Source: Gammaproteobacteria bacterium
GTDB lineage: Bacteria > Pseudomonadota > Gammaproteobacteria > Eutrophobiales > Eutrophobiaceae
Assembly (NCBI GenBank): GCA_046757565.1
Contig: JBHHYN010000004.1
Coordinates: 4,086 to 68,085, forward strand
Direction: 5' to 3'
Length of the DNA: 64,000 bases
Under the pieces are notes generated by a model. That model did no database searches, was not told where the DNA came from, and saw only the letters and a program-made list of their open reading frames with translations. Numbering within the stretch: position 1 is the first letter of the stretch; every line of letters starts with the position of its first letter. Below, piece by piece: positions 42,567-53,526 of the stretch. Position numbers and translations under genes: made by a program.

Positions 42567-43040
42567 TTGTCCAACCGCCAGATAAAACAAGAAGCGCTAT
42601 ACAGAAGGATGAAAATAGGGCCCCGGTTATTTCAAAACAATCTGATCCTCGTCAATGGCGATGCCCGTTCGCCTCAGGACGCCGCCAGAGTATTGGCCTA
42701 TACATCCGCCGACGGGATCATGATTGGCATGGCCGCGCAGGGTAATCCGTGGCTATTTAGAGAGATTTCTCACTATCTTGCCACCGGGGAATTGCTTCAT
42801 GGACCGGAACCCGGAGAAATCAGGAGGGTGCTGCTATCGCAGCTTGAAAATCTTTATGCCTTTTATGGAAAGTTTACCGGCGTACGTATTGCCAGAAAGC
42901 ATATCCGCTGGTATGGTCGTCATCAGAAAAATATAAAACAGTTTCTCGCTCTGGTAAACCAGACAGAGTCAGTTATAAAACAGTTGGAAATGGTATCGCA
43001 ATTCTTCAGTCAAAACGGTATGCAAGAGATGGCGGCATGA
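42567..43040 (+). pseudogene. dusB: tRNA-dihydrouridine synthase B, 5'-truncated remnant (C-terminal helical domain only), translationally coupled to fis
   Basis: The 157 aa align only to the C-terminal third of DusB (from LVNGDARSPQDAARVLAYTSADGIMIGMAAQGNPWLFREI to the end). The upstream in-frame sequence hits a stop at 42450 and no catalytic TIM-barrel region exists in any frame between the DUF3426 gene and 42567. The 3' end overlaps the fis ATG (ATGA). Confidence 0.6.
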
Positions 43041-43318
43041 CGTCCGGCCGCAGCTCATCAAAAGAGAAGAGAAAGGCTGAAAGGCGCAAGGAGTATTTAT
43101 GTGACCATGTACACCGTTCTCTCAACAACTATTTCAAAGACCTCGATGGCCACAAGGCCAATGGCCTTTACAATCTGATGATTTCACAAGTCGAAAAACC
43201 TATGTTTGAACGGGTGATGAAAGAAACACACGGTAACATAACCAGGGCAGCTGAGCTGTTGGGCATCAATCGGGGAACGCTGCGCAACCGTTTGATAAAA
43301 TATGGCCTCGACAAATAA
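43037..43318 (+). CDS. fis: DNA-binding protein Fis
   Basis: 93 aa; C-terminal HTH ...[26 protein letters not shown] matches Fis (E. coli [26 protein letters not shown]). Confidence 0.9.
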   Translation: [93 protein letters not shown]

Positions 43319-43341
43319 CATCCCGGGGACAGACAGGTCCT

Positions 43342-43377
43342 AATATCGCCACGGCAGCTTGCTCAGTGGCGATATTA
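43342..43377 (+). other. 11-bp stem-loop after fis (terminator-like, weak U-tract)
   Basis: aatatcgccac-ggcagcttgctca-gtggcgatatt. Confidence 0.35.
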
Positions 43378-43493
43378 AAGAAGCTCTGATTAGTTCATCA
43401 CGGGATACATCATGTCCCGATACGGCAGGGACCTTATGATTAATCAGGGGCCCCTTAAACAGAGTCGAGGTTAATTAGCGGAAATAATCACCT

Positions 43494-45056
43494 ATGTCTG
43501 TTGTTACACGCGCACTTGTCAGCGTCTCCGATAAAACAGGCGTGGTTAACCTGTGCAAAGCACTGGCCGGCCTGGACATCAAGATCCTCTCTACGGGTGG
43601 TACTGCACGATTACTGGAAGATAACGGCATCAAGGTCATGCAGGTATCCGGTTATACCGGATTTCCGGAGATCATGGACGGACGTGTGAAGACCCTGCAT
43701 CCAAAAGTCCACGGCGCCCTGCTTGGGAGGCGCGGTCAGGATGATGAGGTGATGCTGGAGCATAACATTAAGCCCATCGATCTGGTTGTGGTCAACCTCT
43801 ATCCCTTCGAGGCAACGGTCAGCAGGCCGGAGTGCACATTGGCAGAGGCGATTGAAAACATTGATATTGGTGGACCGGCCATGCTGCGATCAGCAGCAAA
43901 GAACCATGCCCGTGTCGGAGTGGTGGTGGACCATGCAGATTACGAAACGGTATTGGCAGAACTCAGGGACAATGCCTGTGAGTTGAGTGGCGCAACCCGT
44001 TTCAACCTGGCCCGGAAGGCATTTGCGCATACGGCCAATTACGATGCCGCCGTCTCAAATTATCTGGGCAGTATCGATGCAGAAGGAAATTATACCGATT
44101 ATCCGCTCACTTATACCATGCAATTCCGCAAACTTCATGAATTACGTTATGGTGAAAATCCACATCAGACCGCAGCATTCTACAGCGAGGCGGCTCCCCC
44201 GGAAGGAACACTGGCAAATGCCAGGCAACTGCAGGGCAAGGAGCTGTCTTACAACAACATCGCCGATAGCGATGCGGCGCTGGAATGTGTTTTAGCTTTT
44301 ACAGAACCCGCCTGCGTGATTGTGAAACATGCCAATCCCTGTGGCGTGGCGCAAGCTGCAGACATTCTTGATGCCTATGAAAAGGCCTACGCAACCGATC
44401 CCACCTCGTCCTTCGGTGGCATCATCGCCTTTAACCGGAGACTGGATGCAGCAACGGTTGAAGCCATTACCAGCAGACAATTTGTAGAGGTGATCATTGC
44501 CCCGCAAATCGATGAAGCGGCCCTGATCATTACCGCAAAAAAGGCGAACATCCGCGTTCTGGCAGTTGCCGATCGCAGCGGGCCTGTTCAGCGACTGGAG
44601 TTGAAGCGGGTGAGTGGAGGAGTGTTGATCCAGGATGGCGATGCGGGCGTTATTTCCAGGGGAGATCTTGAAGTGGTCAGCAAACGGCCACCATCTCCAC
44701 AGGAGCTGGAGGATCTCCTGTTTGCCTGGCGGGTGGTTAAATATGTCAAATCCAATTCAATCGTCTATGCAAAAGGGGCCCGCACCATAGGCATTGGCGC
44801 CGGCCAGATGAGCCGCGTGTATAGCGCCCGTATAGCCGCCATCAAGGCGGCGGATGAAGGACTCGAGGTAGCGGGATCGGTGATGGCATCGGACGCCTTT
44901 TTTCCCTTCCGCGATGGTATCGATTCGGCCGCAGAGGTGGGGATCACTGCTGTGATCCAGCCGGGGGGATCCGTGCGGGATGAAGAAGTCATTGCCGCGG
45001 CGGATGAACACGACATGACCATGGTGTTTACAGGCATGAGACACTTTCGGCATTAA
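43494..45056 (+). CDS. purH: bifunctional AICAR transformylase / IMP cyclohydrolase
   Basis: 520 aa; MGS-like N-terminal domain (VLISVSDKTG...) and an AICARFT domain. Confidence 0.95.
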   Translation: MSVVTRALVSVSDKTGVVNLCKALAGLDIKILSTGGTARLLEDNGIKVMQVSGYTGFPEIMDGRVKTLHPKVHGALLGRRGQDDEVMLEHNIKPIDLVVVNLYPFEATVSRPECTLAEAIENIDIGGPAMLRSAAKNHARVGVVVDHADYETVLAELRDNACELSGATRFNLARKAFAHTANYDAAVSNYLGSIDAEGNYTDYPLTYTMQFRKLHELRYGENPHQTAAFYSEAAPPEGTLANARQLQGKELSYNNIADSDAALECVLAFTEPACVIVKHANPCGVAQAADILDAYEKAYATDPTSSFGGIIAFNRRLDAATVEAITSRQFVEVIIAPQIDEAALIITAKKANIRVLAVADRSGPVQRLELKRVSGGVLIQDGDAGVISRGDLEVVSKRPPSPQELEDLLFAWRVVKYVKSNSIVYAKGARTIGIGAGQMSRVYSARIAAIKAADEGLEVAGSVMASDAFFPFRDGIDSAAEVGITAVIQPGGSVRDEEVIAAADEHDMTMVFTGMRHFRH

Positions 45057-45062
45057 CATATT

Positions 45063-46358
45063 ATGAAAGTATTGATTGTCGGTGGTGGCGGGCGCGAGCA
45101 CGCCCTGGCATGGAAGGTGGCCCAGTCCGTTGAAGTCGAGAAGGTCTACGTGGCGCCGGGTAATGCCGGCACGGCAATGGAACCCGGCGTTGAAAATATA
45201 GCAATCGGCGCGGATGATATCGATGCATTAAAACAATTCGCTGCCGATAAGCATCTTGATCTCACTATCGTCGGGCCAGAGGTGCCACTGGTGGCCGGTA
45301 TCGTCGATACCTTTACGGAGGCGGGTTTGGCCTGCTTCGGCCCGGTCAGGGAAGCAGCCATGCTGGAAGGCTCAAAATCTTTTACGAAAGATTTCCTTAG
45401 GCGGCATCATATTCCCACCGCTGCGTATCAAACCTTCACAGATCTGAAACAGGCGACTCGATACATTCGGCACAAAGGCGCGCCAATCGTCATCAAGGCA
45501 GATGGCCTTGCCGCCGGTAAGGGCGTGATTGTCGCACAGACTGTTGAGCAGGCCGTTGATGCCGTAACCGGGATGTTAGCAGGTAACACCTTCGGTAATG
45601 CCGGACACCGGGTCGTTGTTGAAGAGGCCCTGATGGGCGAGGAGGCCAGTTTTATCGTACTATGCGATGGCAGACATATCCTGCCATTGGCCAGTTCCCA
45701 GGACCATAAGACCAGGGATGACGGCGACAAGGGCCCGAATACGGGGGGGATGGGCGCCTATTCCCCCGCGCCTGTGGTGAATACAGAAATTCACGCAAGG
45801 ATAATGCATGAGATCATGGAACCGGCTGTTGCCGGTATGCACGCTGAAGGCAGACCCTATACCGGATTTCTTTATGCCGGATTGATGATCATGGCGGACG
45901 GTTCTGTAAAGGTACTGGAGTTCAATTGCCGTTTTGGCGATCCGGAAACACAGCCAATACTGTTGCGCTTGAAGAGCGATATTGTTTCCTTATGCAACAG
46001 GGCGCTTGCCGGGGAACTCGATGGCGCCACGGTAGAGTGGGAGGAACGCGCGGCTGTGGGCGTAGTGCTGGCAGCGGCGGGTTACCCGCTGAACGCAGGT
46101 AAAGGTCATATTATTTCCGGTCTGGAAGAGAAGTTCGACGAGCAGATAAAGATTTTTCACGCCGGGACTGAAAACAGGAATGGAAACATCGTCACCGCTG
46201 GCGGCCGTGTACTGTGTGTAACGGCATTAGGCGAAAATGTAACAGAAGCAAAACAGGCCGCCTATAAGGCGGTAAAGAAGATAGCATGGGAGGGTATGTT
46301 ATACCGCAGGGATATCGGCTATCGCGCCATTCGACGTGAGAATCGGTTGCAAAATTAA
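45063..46358 (+). CDS. purD: phosphoribosylamine-glycine ligase
   Basis: 431 aa ATP-grasp; N-terminus MKVLIVGGGGREHALAWK is typical of PurD. Confidence 0.95.
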   Translation: MKVLIVGGGGREHALAWKVAQSVEVEKVYVAPGNAGTAMEPGVENIAIGADDIDALKQFAADKHLDLTIVGPEVPLVAGIVDTFTEAGLACFGPVREAAMLEGSKSFTKDFLRRHHIPTAAYQTFTDLKQATRYIRHKGAPIVIKADGLAAGKGVIVAQTVEQAVDAVTGMLAGNTFGNAGHRVVVEEALMGEEASFIVLCDGRHILPLASSQDHKTRDDGDKGPNTGGMGAYSPAPVVNTEIHARIMHEIMEPAVAGMHAEGRPYTGFLYAGLMIMADGSVKVLEFNCRFGDPETQPILLRLKSDIVSLCNRALAGELDGATVEWEERAAVGVVLAAAGYPLNAGKGHIISGLEEKFDEQIKIFHAGTENRNGNIVTAGGRVLCVTALGENVTEAKQAAYKAVKKIAWEGMLYRRDIGYRAIRRENRLQN

Positions 46359-46575
46359 GTAACATCTCCATGAATTTCCGGTTGGCTTTAATCCCGGTAA
46401 ATAGGATAATTGCTGCCCTTTTGGGAATGGCTGATACAAATAGCGCGCCTGTGACTTGCAAAGTATAACTTAAGGAAACTCCGGAGCATGGTGCATGGAG
46501 GCACTGTTAACAGGGCTAAGGATATAATGGATCAGTTCTCCCTTAATCATTAAATAAAAACTTTAAGGAGACACC

Positions 46576-46908
46576 ATGGCAAAAAAACCTTCTGCAATTG
46601 CAATGAAACAGACAAAATCACAGATCCTGAGCACCCTCGCTGAGGAGACGGGCCTGACCAAAAAAGAGGTTGGTACTGTCCTGGTATCATTGGCCGGTCT
46701 CGCGCAGCGCCATCTCAGAAAACGGGGCTCCGGCGAGTTTACAGTGCCATCACTCGGGGTCAAATTACGGCGCGTTGTTAAACCGGCGCGCAAGGCGCGC
46801 AAGGGTGTCAATCCATTTACCGGTGAGGAGATGATGTTCAAGGCAAAGCCGGCCAGCACGGGTGTCCGCATTACTGCCTTGAAAGCGATTAAGGACGCCA
46901 TTGCCTGA
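46576..46908 (+). CDS. HU/IHF-family nucleoid-associated DNA-binding protein (N-terminally extended)
   Basis: 110 aa; HU-fold arm motif ...RKGVNPFTGEEMMFKAKP... with an N-terminal Lys/Ala-rich extension. Confidence 0.75.
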   Translation: MAKKPSAIAMKQTKSQILSTLAEETGLTKKEVGTVLVSLAGLAQRHLRKRGSGEFTVPSLGVKLRRVVKPARKARKGVNPFTGEEMMFKAKPASTGVRITALKAIKDAIA

Positions 46909-46926
46909 TTGCATAGTGGCTTTCAG

Positions 46927-46962
46927 AGGGCCATCTGCCTGTCCGGCGAATGGCCCTTTTTC
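46927..46962 (+). terminator. rho-independent terminator after the HU-like gene, shared 3' region with convergent hisH
   Basis: agggccat...atggccct stem followed by ttttt. Confidence 0.55.
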
Positions 46963-47599
46963 ATGACCAGTCCAGAAAATTCCTTAATAATTGCAGTCCG
47001 GCACGCTGGCTTTTTTCCGGATGAAACTGCACCGCGAACAGGTTGTCCCGGGCAATGACTGAGGTAAACTCCGTCACATAATCCGTCATTGCAGCAATAT
47101 CCTGTTCCCGCTCGGGCAATACATAGTAGCTATGCACAAAATAAAACCTCTCTGACGTATCTATTCCTTTCCATAATGGATGTTCCTGAGTACGCATGAG
47201 GTTATTCCAGCCCATGTGCGGGATCTTGCAGGGATTACCATATTTGTCCCTGGCGTCATCGGGAAACTTGATCACCTTGCCCGGGATAATACCCAGGCCC
47301 AGTGTGCCACCGTTTTCTTCACTCTCCTGCATCAGCGTTTGCAAACCGAGACAGATACCAAGAAAGGGCTTGTCTGCAACAGATTCACGCAGTGTTTCCA
47401 TCAGGCCCTTCTTGCCCAGGCGTTCCATGCATTGTCCAATTGCGCCCTGGCCGGGAAACACAACGCGGCTGCAAGTGCGTATCGTCCGGGCTTCATCGCT
47501 GACAATGATCCTGTGTTTCCCGCCGGAGACGTGTTCAAGGGCTTTGCTGACCGAGCGCAGGTTACTCGCTCCGTAATCCAGGACGGCGATTCTGCTCAT
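46961..47599 (-). CDS. hisH: imidazole glycerol phosphate synthase, glutamine amidotransferase subunit
   Basis: 212 aa; class I GATase with MSRIAVLDYGASNLRSV N-terminus. Confidence 0.9.
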   Translation of the reverse strand: MSRIAVLDYGASNLRSVSKALEHVSGGKHRIIVSDEARTIRTCSRVVFPGQGAIGQCMERLGKKGLMETLRESVADKPFLGICLGLQTLMQESEENGGTLGLGIIPGKVIKFPDDARDKYGNPCKIPHMGWNNLMRTQEHPLWKGIDTSERFYFVHSYYVLPEREQDIAAMTDYVTEFTSVIARDNLFAVQFHPEKSQRAGLQLLRNFLDWS

Positions 47600-47619
47600 G
47601 GCGTTAAAACATAGGAGAT

Positions 47620-48216
47620 TTACAACGCGCCTTTTGTAGACGGGATGCTTCCCTCCATGCGGGGATCCGGTTCCACGGCCATACGCAGCGCACGGCCAAA
47701 TGCCTTGAATATTGTTTCGGCAATATGGTGTGCATTTCGTCCACGCAGATTATCAATATGCAGGGTCACCTGAGCATGATTGACAAAACCCTGAAAAAAT
47801 TCAGACAACAGATCAATATCAAATTCACCTACGCGTGCCCTCGGGTATTCAACCCGATATTCCAGGCTGGGCCGTCCGGAGCAATCCAGCACAACCCGTG
47901 ACAGGGCTTCATCCAGAGGCACGTAGGCATAACCGTAACGGCGTATTCCCCGTTTGTCGCCCAGGGCCTGGTTAAATGCCTGTCCCAGGGTGATGCCGAC
48001 ATCCTCTACCGTGTGATGAGCGTCGATCTCCAGATCGCCCCTGGCTTCAATGTTAAGGTCAAACATACCATGACGGGCAACCTGCTCCAGCATGTGTTGC
48101 AGAAACGGGATGCCTATATCCATAGCTGCTGTGCCTGCTCCATCGAGGGAGAGTGCAACGCTGATCCGGGTTTCTTTCGTCTCCCGTTTAACGGTAGCTG
48201 TGCGTTTGCTGCTCAT
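47620..48216 (-). CDS. hisB: imidazoleglycerol-phosphate dehydratase
   Basis: 198 aa; duplicated IGPD motifs ([20 protein letters not shown]). Confidence 0.9.
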   Translation of the reverse strand: MSSKRTATVKRETKETRISVALSLDGAGTAAMDIGIPFLQHMLEQVARHGMFDLNIEARGDLEIDAHHTVEDVGITLGQAFNQALGDKRGIRRYGYAYVPLDEALSRVVLDCSGRPSLEYRVEYPRARVGEFDIDLLSEFFQGFVNHAQVTLHIDNLRGRNAHHIAETIFKAFGRALRMAVEPDPRMEGSIPSTKGAL

Positions 48217-48295
48217 TGGCGCCCACTTAAAGCATTAAAAATCGACTGTTTTCCGACAGCCCTGTATCGAACCAGCCGCAGTTTAGAGGATGTAA

Positions 48296-49433
<1,138 letters not shown>

Positions 49434-49442
49434 TGATACAGA

Positions 49443-49880
49443 TTAAACCTGTAACCAAAACGTCACCGGCCCATCATTGGTCAAACTGACCTGCATAGAC
49501 GTACCAAATTGACCTGCGGCCACCTTGTCATAGCGTGCCTGTGCCCGGACAACCAGGTAATGAAATAATGCCTTACCCTGTTCCGGCGGTGGCGAGGCAC
49601 TGAAACCGGGACGCATACCCTTCCTGGTGTCCGCGAGCAGGGTAAATTGGGGAACGAGCAGTAATTCAGCCTGAATATCAATAAGGCTAAGATTCATCTT
49701 GCCGTCTATATCAGGGAAGACGCGGTAACCAAGCAAGCGCTTCAATAAGCGGTCCGCCCTGGCTTTAGAATCCTGTTTTTCGACACCAACCAGTACCAGC
49801 AGCCCGGCATCTATTTGAGCGATGGTCCCGTTATCAACCTCTATCCGGGCCCGGGTCACCCGTTGCAGGAGGCCAATCAC
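49443..49880 (-). CDS. dtd: D-aminoacyl-tRNA deacylase
   Basis: 145 aa; MIGLLQRV...SNGPVTF-type Dtd sequence (…SLTNDGPVTFWLQV). The start codon appears to be GTG. Confidence 0.9.
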   Translation of the reverse strand: MIGLLQRVTRARIEVDNGTIAQIDAGLLVLVGVEKQDSKARADRLLKRLLGYRVFPDIDGKMNLSLIDIQAELLLVPQFTLLADTRKGMRPGFSASPPPEQGKALFHYLVVRAQARYDKVAAGQFGTSMQVSLTNDGPVTFWLQV

Positions 49881-49898
49881 GATTTATGAAAGAAAGGA

Positions 49899-50051
49899 TT
49901 AAATGATTCTCAAATAATCGAGAATATTTACAGCGAAAAGGGCTATAGCGGCCACTAATACCATCCATTCCATATTTCTGCGCAGCAACCATCCCGTAAA
50001 ATGCAAAATCAGGACAATTATTGATGCTACATAAACGGTGTAAAAGATCAT
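49899..50051 (-). CDS. hypothetical 50-aa hydrophobic peptide between rpiA and dtd
   Basis: ATG...TAA ORF found by manual reverse-complement translation: MIFYTVYVASIIVLILHFTGWLLRRNMEWMVLVAAIALFAVNILDYLRII. Too short for the ORF track. It sits in AT-rich sequence. Confidence 0.2.
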   Translation of the reverse strand: MIFYTVYVASIIVLILHFTGWLLRRNMEWMVLVAAIALFAVNILDYLRII

Positions 50052-50187
50052 TTGTCAGCTCCCTTAGTTAACTGGATGTATGCACCACAATTATACTATT
50101 AACTACGTTCAAACCATTGTATCGTCACAGATTATTTAACTCAATGATAAAAACATAATTTACAAAACGTATACAATTCCGGGCGGG

Positions 50188-50844
50188 CTATATCATGGTC
50201 CGCACTGACTTGGCTTCTCCTACCAGTAACACATCGGCGGGGCGCTGTGCGAATAATCCGTTGGTGACGACGCCTGTTATATTATTCAGAATCTGTTCCA
50301 GTTCGGCGGGTTTCAGGATAGTAAGATTATGCACATCCAGGATGATATTACCGTTGTCGGTGGTAAATCTTTCACGCAAAACCGGTTGACCGCCGAGTTT
50401 GACCAGTTCACGGGCCACATAACTCTGTGCCATGGGTATGACCTCCACGGGTAAAGGAAACTTTCCCAACACCCCGACAAGCTTGGAATCATCGACGATA
50501 CATATAAATTTTTCGGCAGCTGCGGCAATAATCTTTTCACGGGTCAAGGCGCCGCCGCCTCCCTTAATCATCTGCAGATGCTTGGTTACTTCATCTGCGC
50601 CATCGATATATACGGCGAGTTCATTAACGCTGTTCAGGCTGGCCACAGGGATGTGGTGTTTTTTGAGCAACTCCTCACTCGCAATCGAACTGGCTACAGC
50701 TCCTTCTATCCTGTTTTTGATCCCGGCCAGTTTTTCAATAAAAAAATTTACCGTGCTGCCTGTACCGACGCCAACAACAATGTCATCGTCAATATATGAC
50801 AGCGCCGCCTCCGCCACGCGCTGTTTCCTGGTATTCTGGGTCAA
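50188..50844 (-). CDS. rpiA: ribose-5-phosphate isomerase A
   Basis: 218 aa; [10 protein letters not shown] and DGADEV motifs. Confidence 0.9.
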   Translation of the reverse strand: MTQNTRKQRVAEAALSYIDDDIVVGVGTGSTVNFFIEKLAGIKNRIEGAVASSIASEELLKKHHIPVASLNSVNELAVYIDGADEVTKHLQMIKGGGGALTREKIIAAAAEKFICIVDDSKLVGVLGKFPLPVEVIPMAQSYVARELVKLGGQPVLRERFTTDNGNIILDVHNLTILKPAELEQILNNITGVVTNGLFAQRPADVLLVGEAKSVRTMI

Positions 50845-50922
50845 TTGATCCCCCTAACTCTTCGTAACAGAAATTTCTAACCTTACACGGGTTTCACAGC
50901 ATGTTCCGATTAATGTTATCTT

Positions 50923-52449
50923 ATGCGCATGTTCGATAAATACAAACAATTAATTTCAGAAGCCAGTGATCGGATCTACGCAGTAGCCCGCAAGACATCA
51001 CTGGATTTTGCGCCGCAACTGTCAATGCATTTCAACAACCGGATATGTTTGAAACGCGAAGATCAGCAACCGGTATTTTCCTACAAGATACGCGGCGCCT
51101 ACAACATGATGGCGACCCTGTCCAAACAGGAAAAAGCGCAGGGGGTCATCACCGCCTCAGCCGGGAACCATGCCCAGGGAGTGGCATTGGCCGCAAAGCA
51201 ACTGGCTATCTCTGCAACCATTGTCATGCCCAAAACGACACCGGAGATCAAAATCACGTCGGTGGGAAATCTCGAGGCAGAGGTCGTATTACATGGGAAC
51301 ACCTACGACGAGGCGAAGGTACACGCTGAATCGCTGGTCAGATCCCGGCACATGATTTTCATTCCGCCTTATGACCATCCGCTTATTATTGCCGGGCAGG
51401 CAACCATCGGTGTGGAATTGCTGGAACAGGCATCCCAAAGGCCGGATGTGATTTTTGTACCGGTAGGCGGCGGCGGACTTATTTCGGGGATCGCTGCCTA
51501 CATCAAGTCGGTAGATCCCTCGCTGAAGATCATCGGCGTAGAACATGATGAAGCACCGTCTATGCATCATGCACTTCGGGCCGGGGAAAGAGTGATTCTG
51601 GAACAGATAGGGATTTTTGCCGATGGCGCGGCCGTGAAACAGGTGGGAAAGGAACCCTTCAGGATCTGCCGTAAGCTTGTCGAAGAGGTATTGCTGGTAA
51701 ATATCGACGAGATCTGCGCAGCGGTGAAAGATATCTTCGAGAATACACGCGCCATCCCGGAACCGGCAGGTGCGCTGGCGCTGGCCGGCCTGAAACATTA
51801 CGTCGCACGCGAAGCGATTGAAGGTAAAAATCTGATTGCCATCTTCAGTGGCGCCAACGTTAATTTTGATCGGCTCCGGCACATTGCCGAGCTGGCTGAA
51901 CTGGGCGAACAGCGGGAAGCATTAATCGGCGCCAGGATACCGGAACACCCCGGCAGTTTCCGCAAGTTGTGCCATGATCTGGGGCCACGGCATATCACCG
52001 AATTCAATTATCGCTATGAAGACGCGCAGGACGCCCATGTGTTTGTCGGCATACAGCTTCGCCACGGGATTGAGGAAAAGCAGGGCCTTATCAATAGCCT
52101 TAAGGAAAAGAACTATGAAGTCGTGGATTTAAGCAATGATGAAGTCGCCAAGATGCATATTCGTTATATGGTAGGCGGGCATGCCCCACAGGCTGAAAAT
52201 GAACTATTGTACCGGTTTGAGTTCCCGGAGCGATCCGGGGCGTTATTGCACTTCCTTGCCGAGATGGGGGATCGTTGGAATATCAGCCTGTTTCATTACC
52301 GCAATCATGGTTCGGCTTACGGCCGTGTCCTGATGGGTATTCAGGTACCTCTCCCGGATCGATCGGAATTCCAGGAGTTTCTGGATAGTCTCGGAATGGA
52401 GTATTCGAATGAAACCTCCAATCCAGCCTATAAGATATTTCTAAGCTAG
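50923..52449 (+). CDS. ilvA: biosynthetic threonine dehydratase
   Basis: 508 aa; PLP-fold N-terminal catalytic domain plus two C-terminal ACT-like regulatory domains. Confidence 0.9.
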   Translation: MRMFDKYKQLISEASDRIYAVARKTSLDFAPQLSMHFNNRICLKREDQQPVFSYKIRGAYNMMATLSKQEKAQGVITASAGNHAQGVALAAKQLAISATIVMPKTTPEIKITSVGNLEAEVVLHGNTYDEAKVHAESLVRSRHMIFIPPYDHPLIIAGQATIGVELLEQASQRPDVIFVPVGGGGLISGIAAYIKSVDPSLKIIGVEHDEAPSMHHALRAGERVILEQIGIFADGAAVKQVGKEPFRICRKLVEEVLLVNIDEICAAVKDIFENTRAIPEPAGALALAGLKHYVAREAIEGKNLIAIFSGANVNFDRLRHIAELAELGEQREALIGARIPEHPGSFRKLCHDLGPRHITEFNYRYEDAQDAHVFVGIQLRHGIEEKQGLINSLKEKNYEVVDLSNDEVAKMHIRYMVGGHAPQAENELLYRFEFPERSGALLHFLAEMGDRWNISLFHYRNHGSAYGRVLMGIQVPLPDRSEFQEFLDSLGMEYSNETSNPAYKIFLS

Positions 52450-52451
52450 TC

Positions 52452-52662
52452 TGCATATTGATGGGCATCAACCGTGGTGCCGTTACAGACTTTTAACCTG
52501 AACCATGGGTTCAAGTGGGAACAGCGGGCGACGTTTCAGGCTCCCCACCAAAGCGGGTCTGCACAACAACATCGCGGTTTAGTCCCCTGGCAAACAAAGA
52601 TAGGCTCAAGTTTATGCCAGCCTGACCACGAACACCACAGAAGATACCCGAACCTTATGCCG
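52452..52662 (-). ncRNA. ssrS: 6S RNA (SsrS) candidate
   Basis: 52493-52545 resembles the E. coli 6S 3'-bubble hairpin and 3' arm (CCUUGAACCAAGGGUUCAAGG...ACAGC...GCGGCGG). It lies immediately downstream of zapA on the same strand, as in the conserved zapA-ssrS arrangement. A long closing helix can only form on the minus strand because it needs G·U pairs: 5' GGGUAUC-UU-CUGUGGUGUU (52650-52631) pairs with 3' GGCACCACGG-UU-GAUGCCC (52481-52463). The ends are approximate. Confidence 0.55.
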
Positions 52663-52720
52663 ATAGTCCAATGCGATGATTGTTCAGGGAATCCCTGGTT
52701 GCTTCAGGGCCTTCCCGATA

Positions 52721-53035
52721 TCAAATAGCCAACGGTCTGTCCTTGACCAGCACACCATCAATTTTGTTTCGCAGGCGCTTGATTGCTGAATCCATAGTAT
52801 CAGTATAGTCGTTATTTTCCCGTTTGTACGCCAGATATTCATGGGTAATATTCAGCGCCGTCATGATAGCAATCCTCTCGCTGCCAATAACTTTACCGCT
52901 TTTCTTCAGCTCATCTAATTTATCATTCAGATATTCCGCTGCTGTGAGTAATTGCTCACGTTCTTCCTCTTCGCAGGAAATTAAATACTCCTTGTCCAGT
53001 ATCATGATGCTGACCGGTTTGTTCGATTGACTCAC
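52721..53035 (-). CDS. zapA: cell division protein ZapA
   Basis: 104 aa; ZapA-like sequence and position (divergent from ygfB-pepP-ubiH). Confidence 0.85.
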   Translation of the reverse strand: MSQSNKPVSIMILDKEYLISCEEEEREQLLTAAEYLNDKLDELKKSGKVIGSERIAIMTALNITHEYLAYKRENNDYTDTMDSAIKRLRNKIDGVLVKDRPLAI

Positions 53036-53268
53036 GAACGGGTCTCCATGGCGCGCAGCCGGGAGATCATTGATTCGATTCTTATCCTTGCCTGTTCCGT
53101 TTTTTCGATCAATGTTGCACGTTCATTAACCAGGCTATCCTGCTGATTACGAAGCGCCGAGTTCTCATGTTGCAGTTGGTCCACGGTCCGGATAAGCTCA
53201 TCAACCCGTGCTTCAAGTGCGGTTAAATCCAGGTTATCTGGTTTACTGTCAGTCATAGCGTCCGCCAC
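53032..53268 (-). CDS. small coiled-coil protein (ZapB-like / TIGR02449-like) cotranscribed with zapA
   Basis: 78 aa, predicted all coiled-coil (heptad-rich LTALEARVDELIRTVDQLQHENSALRNQ...); its stop overlaps the zapA start. Confidence 0.5.
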   Translation of the reverse strand: MADAMTDSKPDNLDLTALEARVDELIRTVDQLQHENSALRNQQDSLVNERATLIEKTEQARIRIESMISRLRAMETRS

Positions 53269-53526
53269 ATCTAAAGTTATGCAATGTTCAAAAGCTTTAG
53301 TATTATTGCACGATTAATATAGAGCGGTAGCAGATACCGGTCAACACTCATGTTGCCATCAGATTCAAAATGAGGCCGTTTTTTCAGAAATATGTCCATA
53401 TATTCCGCACCGTGGCCACTCAGGCGGCCGTGATTCACCCTGAACGGGTTAATCGCCAGGTTAGCAATACGCGCGGTATGCACGATTGAAAGCGGCCGGA
53501 TGACAGCCTATTAATCCCCGCAACGA

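Noticed and set aside
43319-43493. ZTP (pfl) riboswitch upstream of purH
   Set aside because: No conserved pfl motif elements (e.g. CCGCCUGGGCA pseudoknot partner) are present; only generic hairpins after fis.
52474-52728. 84-aa plus-strand ORF and a plus-strand orientation for the 6S-like RNA
   Set aside because: The region is better explained as a minus-strand 6S RNA: the closing helix requires G·U pairs only on the minus strand, and a plus-strand RNA would need its 5' half inside ilvA.
53277-53483. 68-aa minus-strand ORF in the zapB-like/ygfB divergent spacer
   Set aside because: No start context, no recognisable domain, and it lies in a promoter region. Probably spurious.
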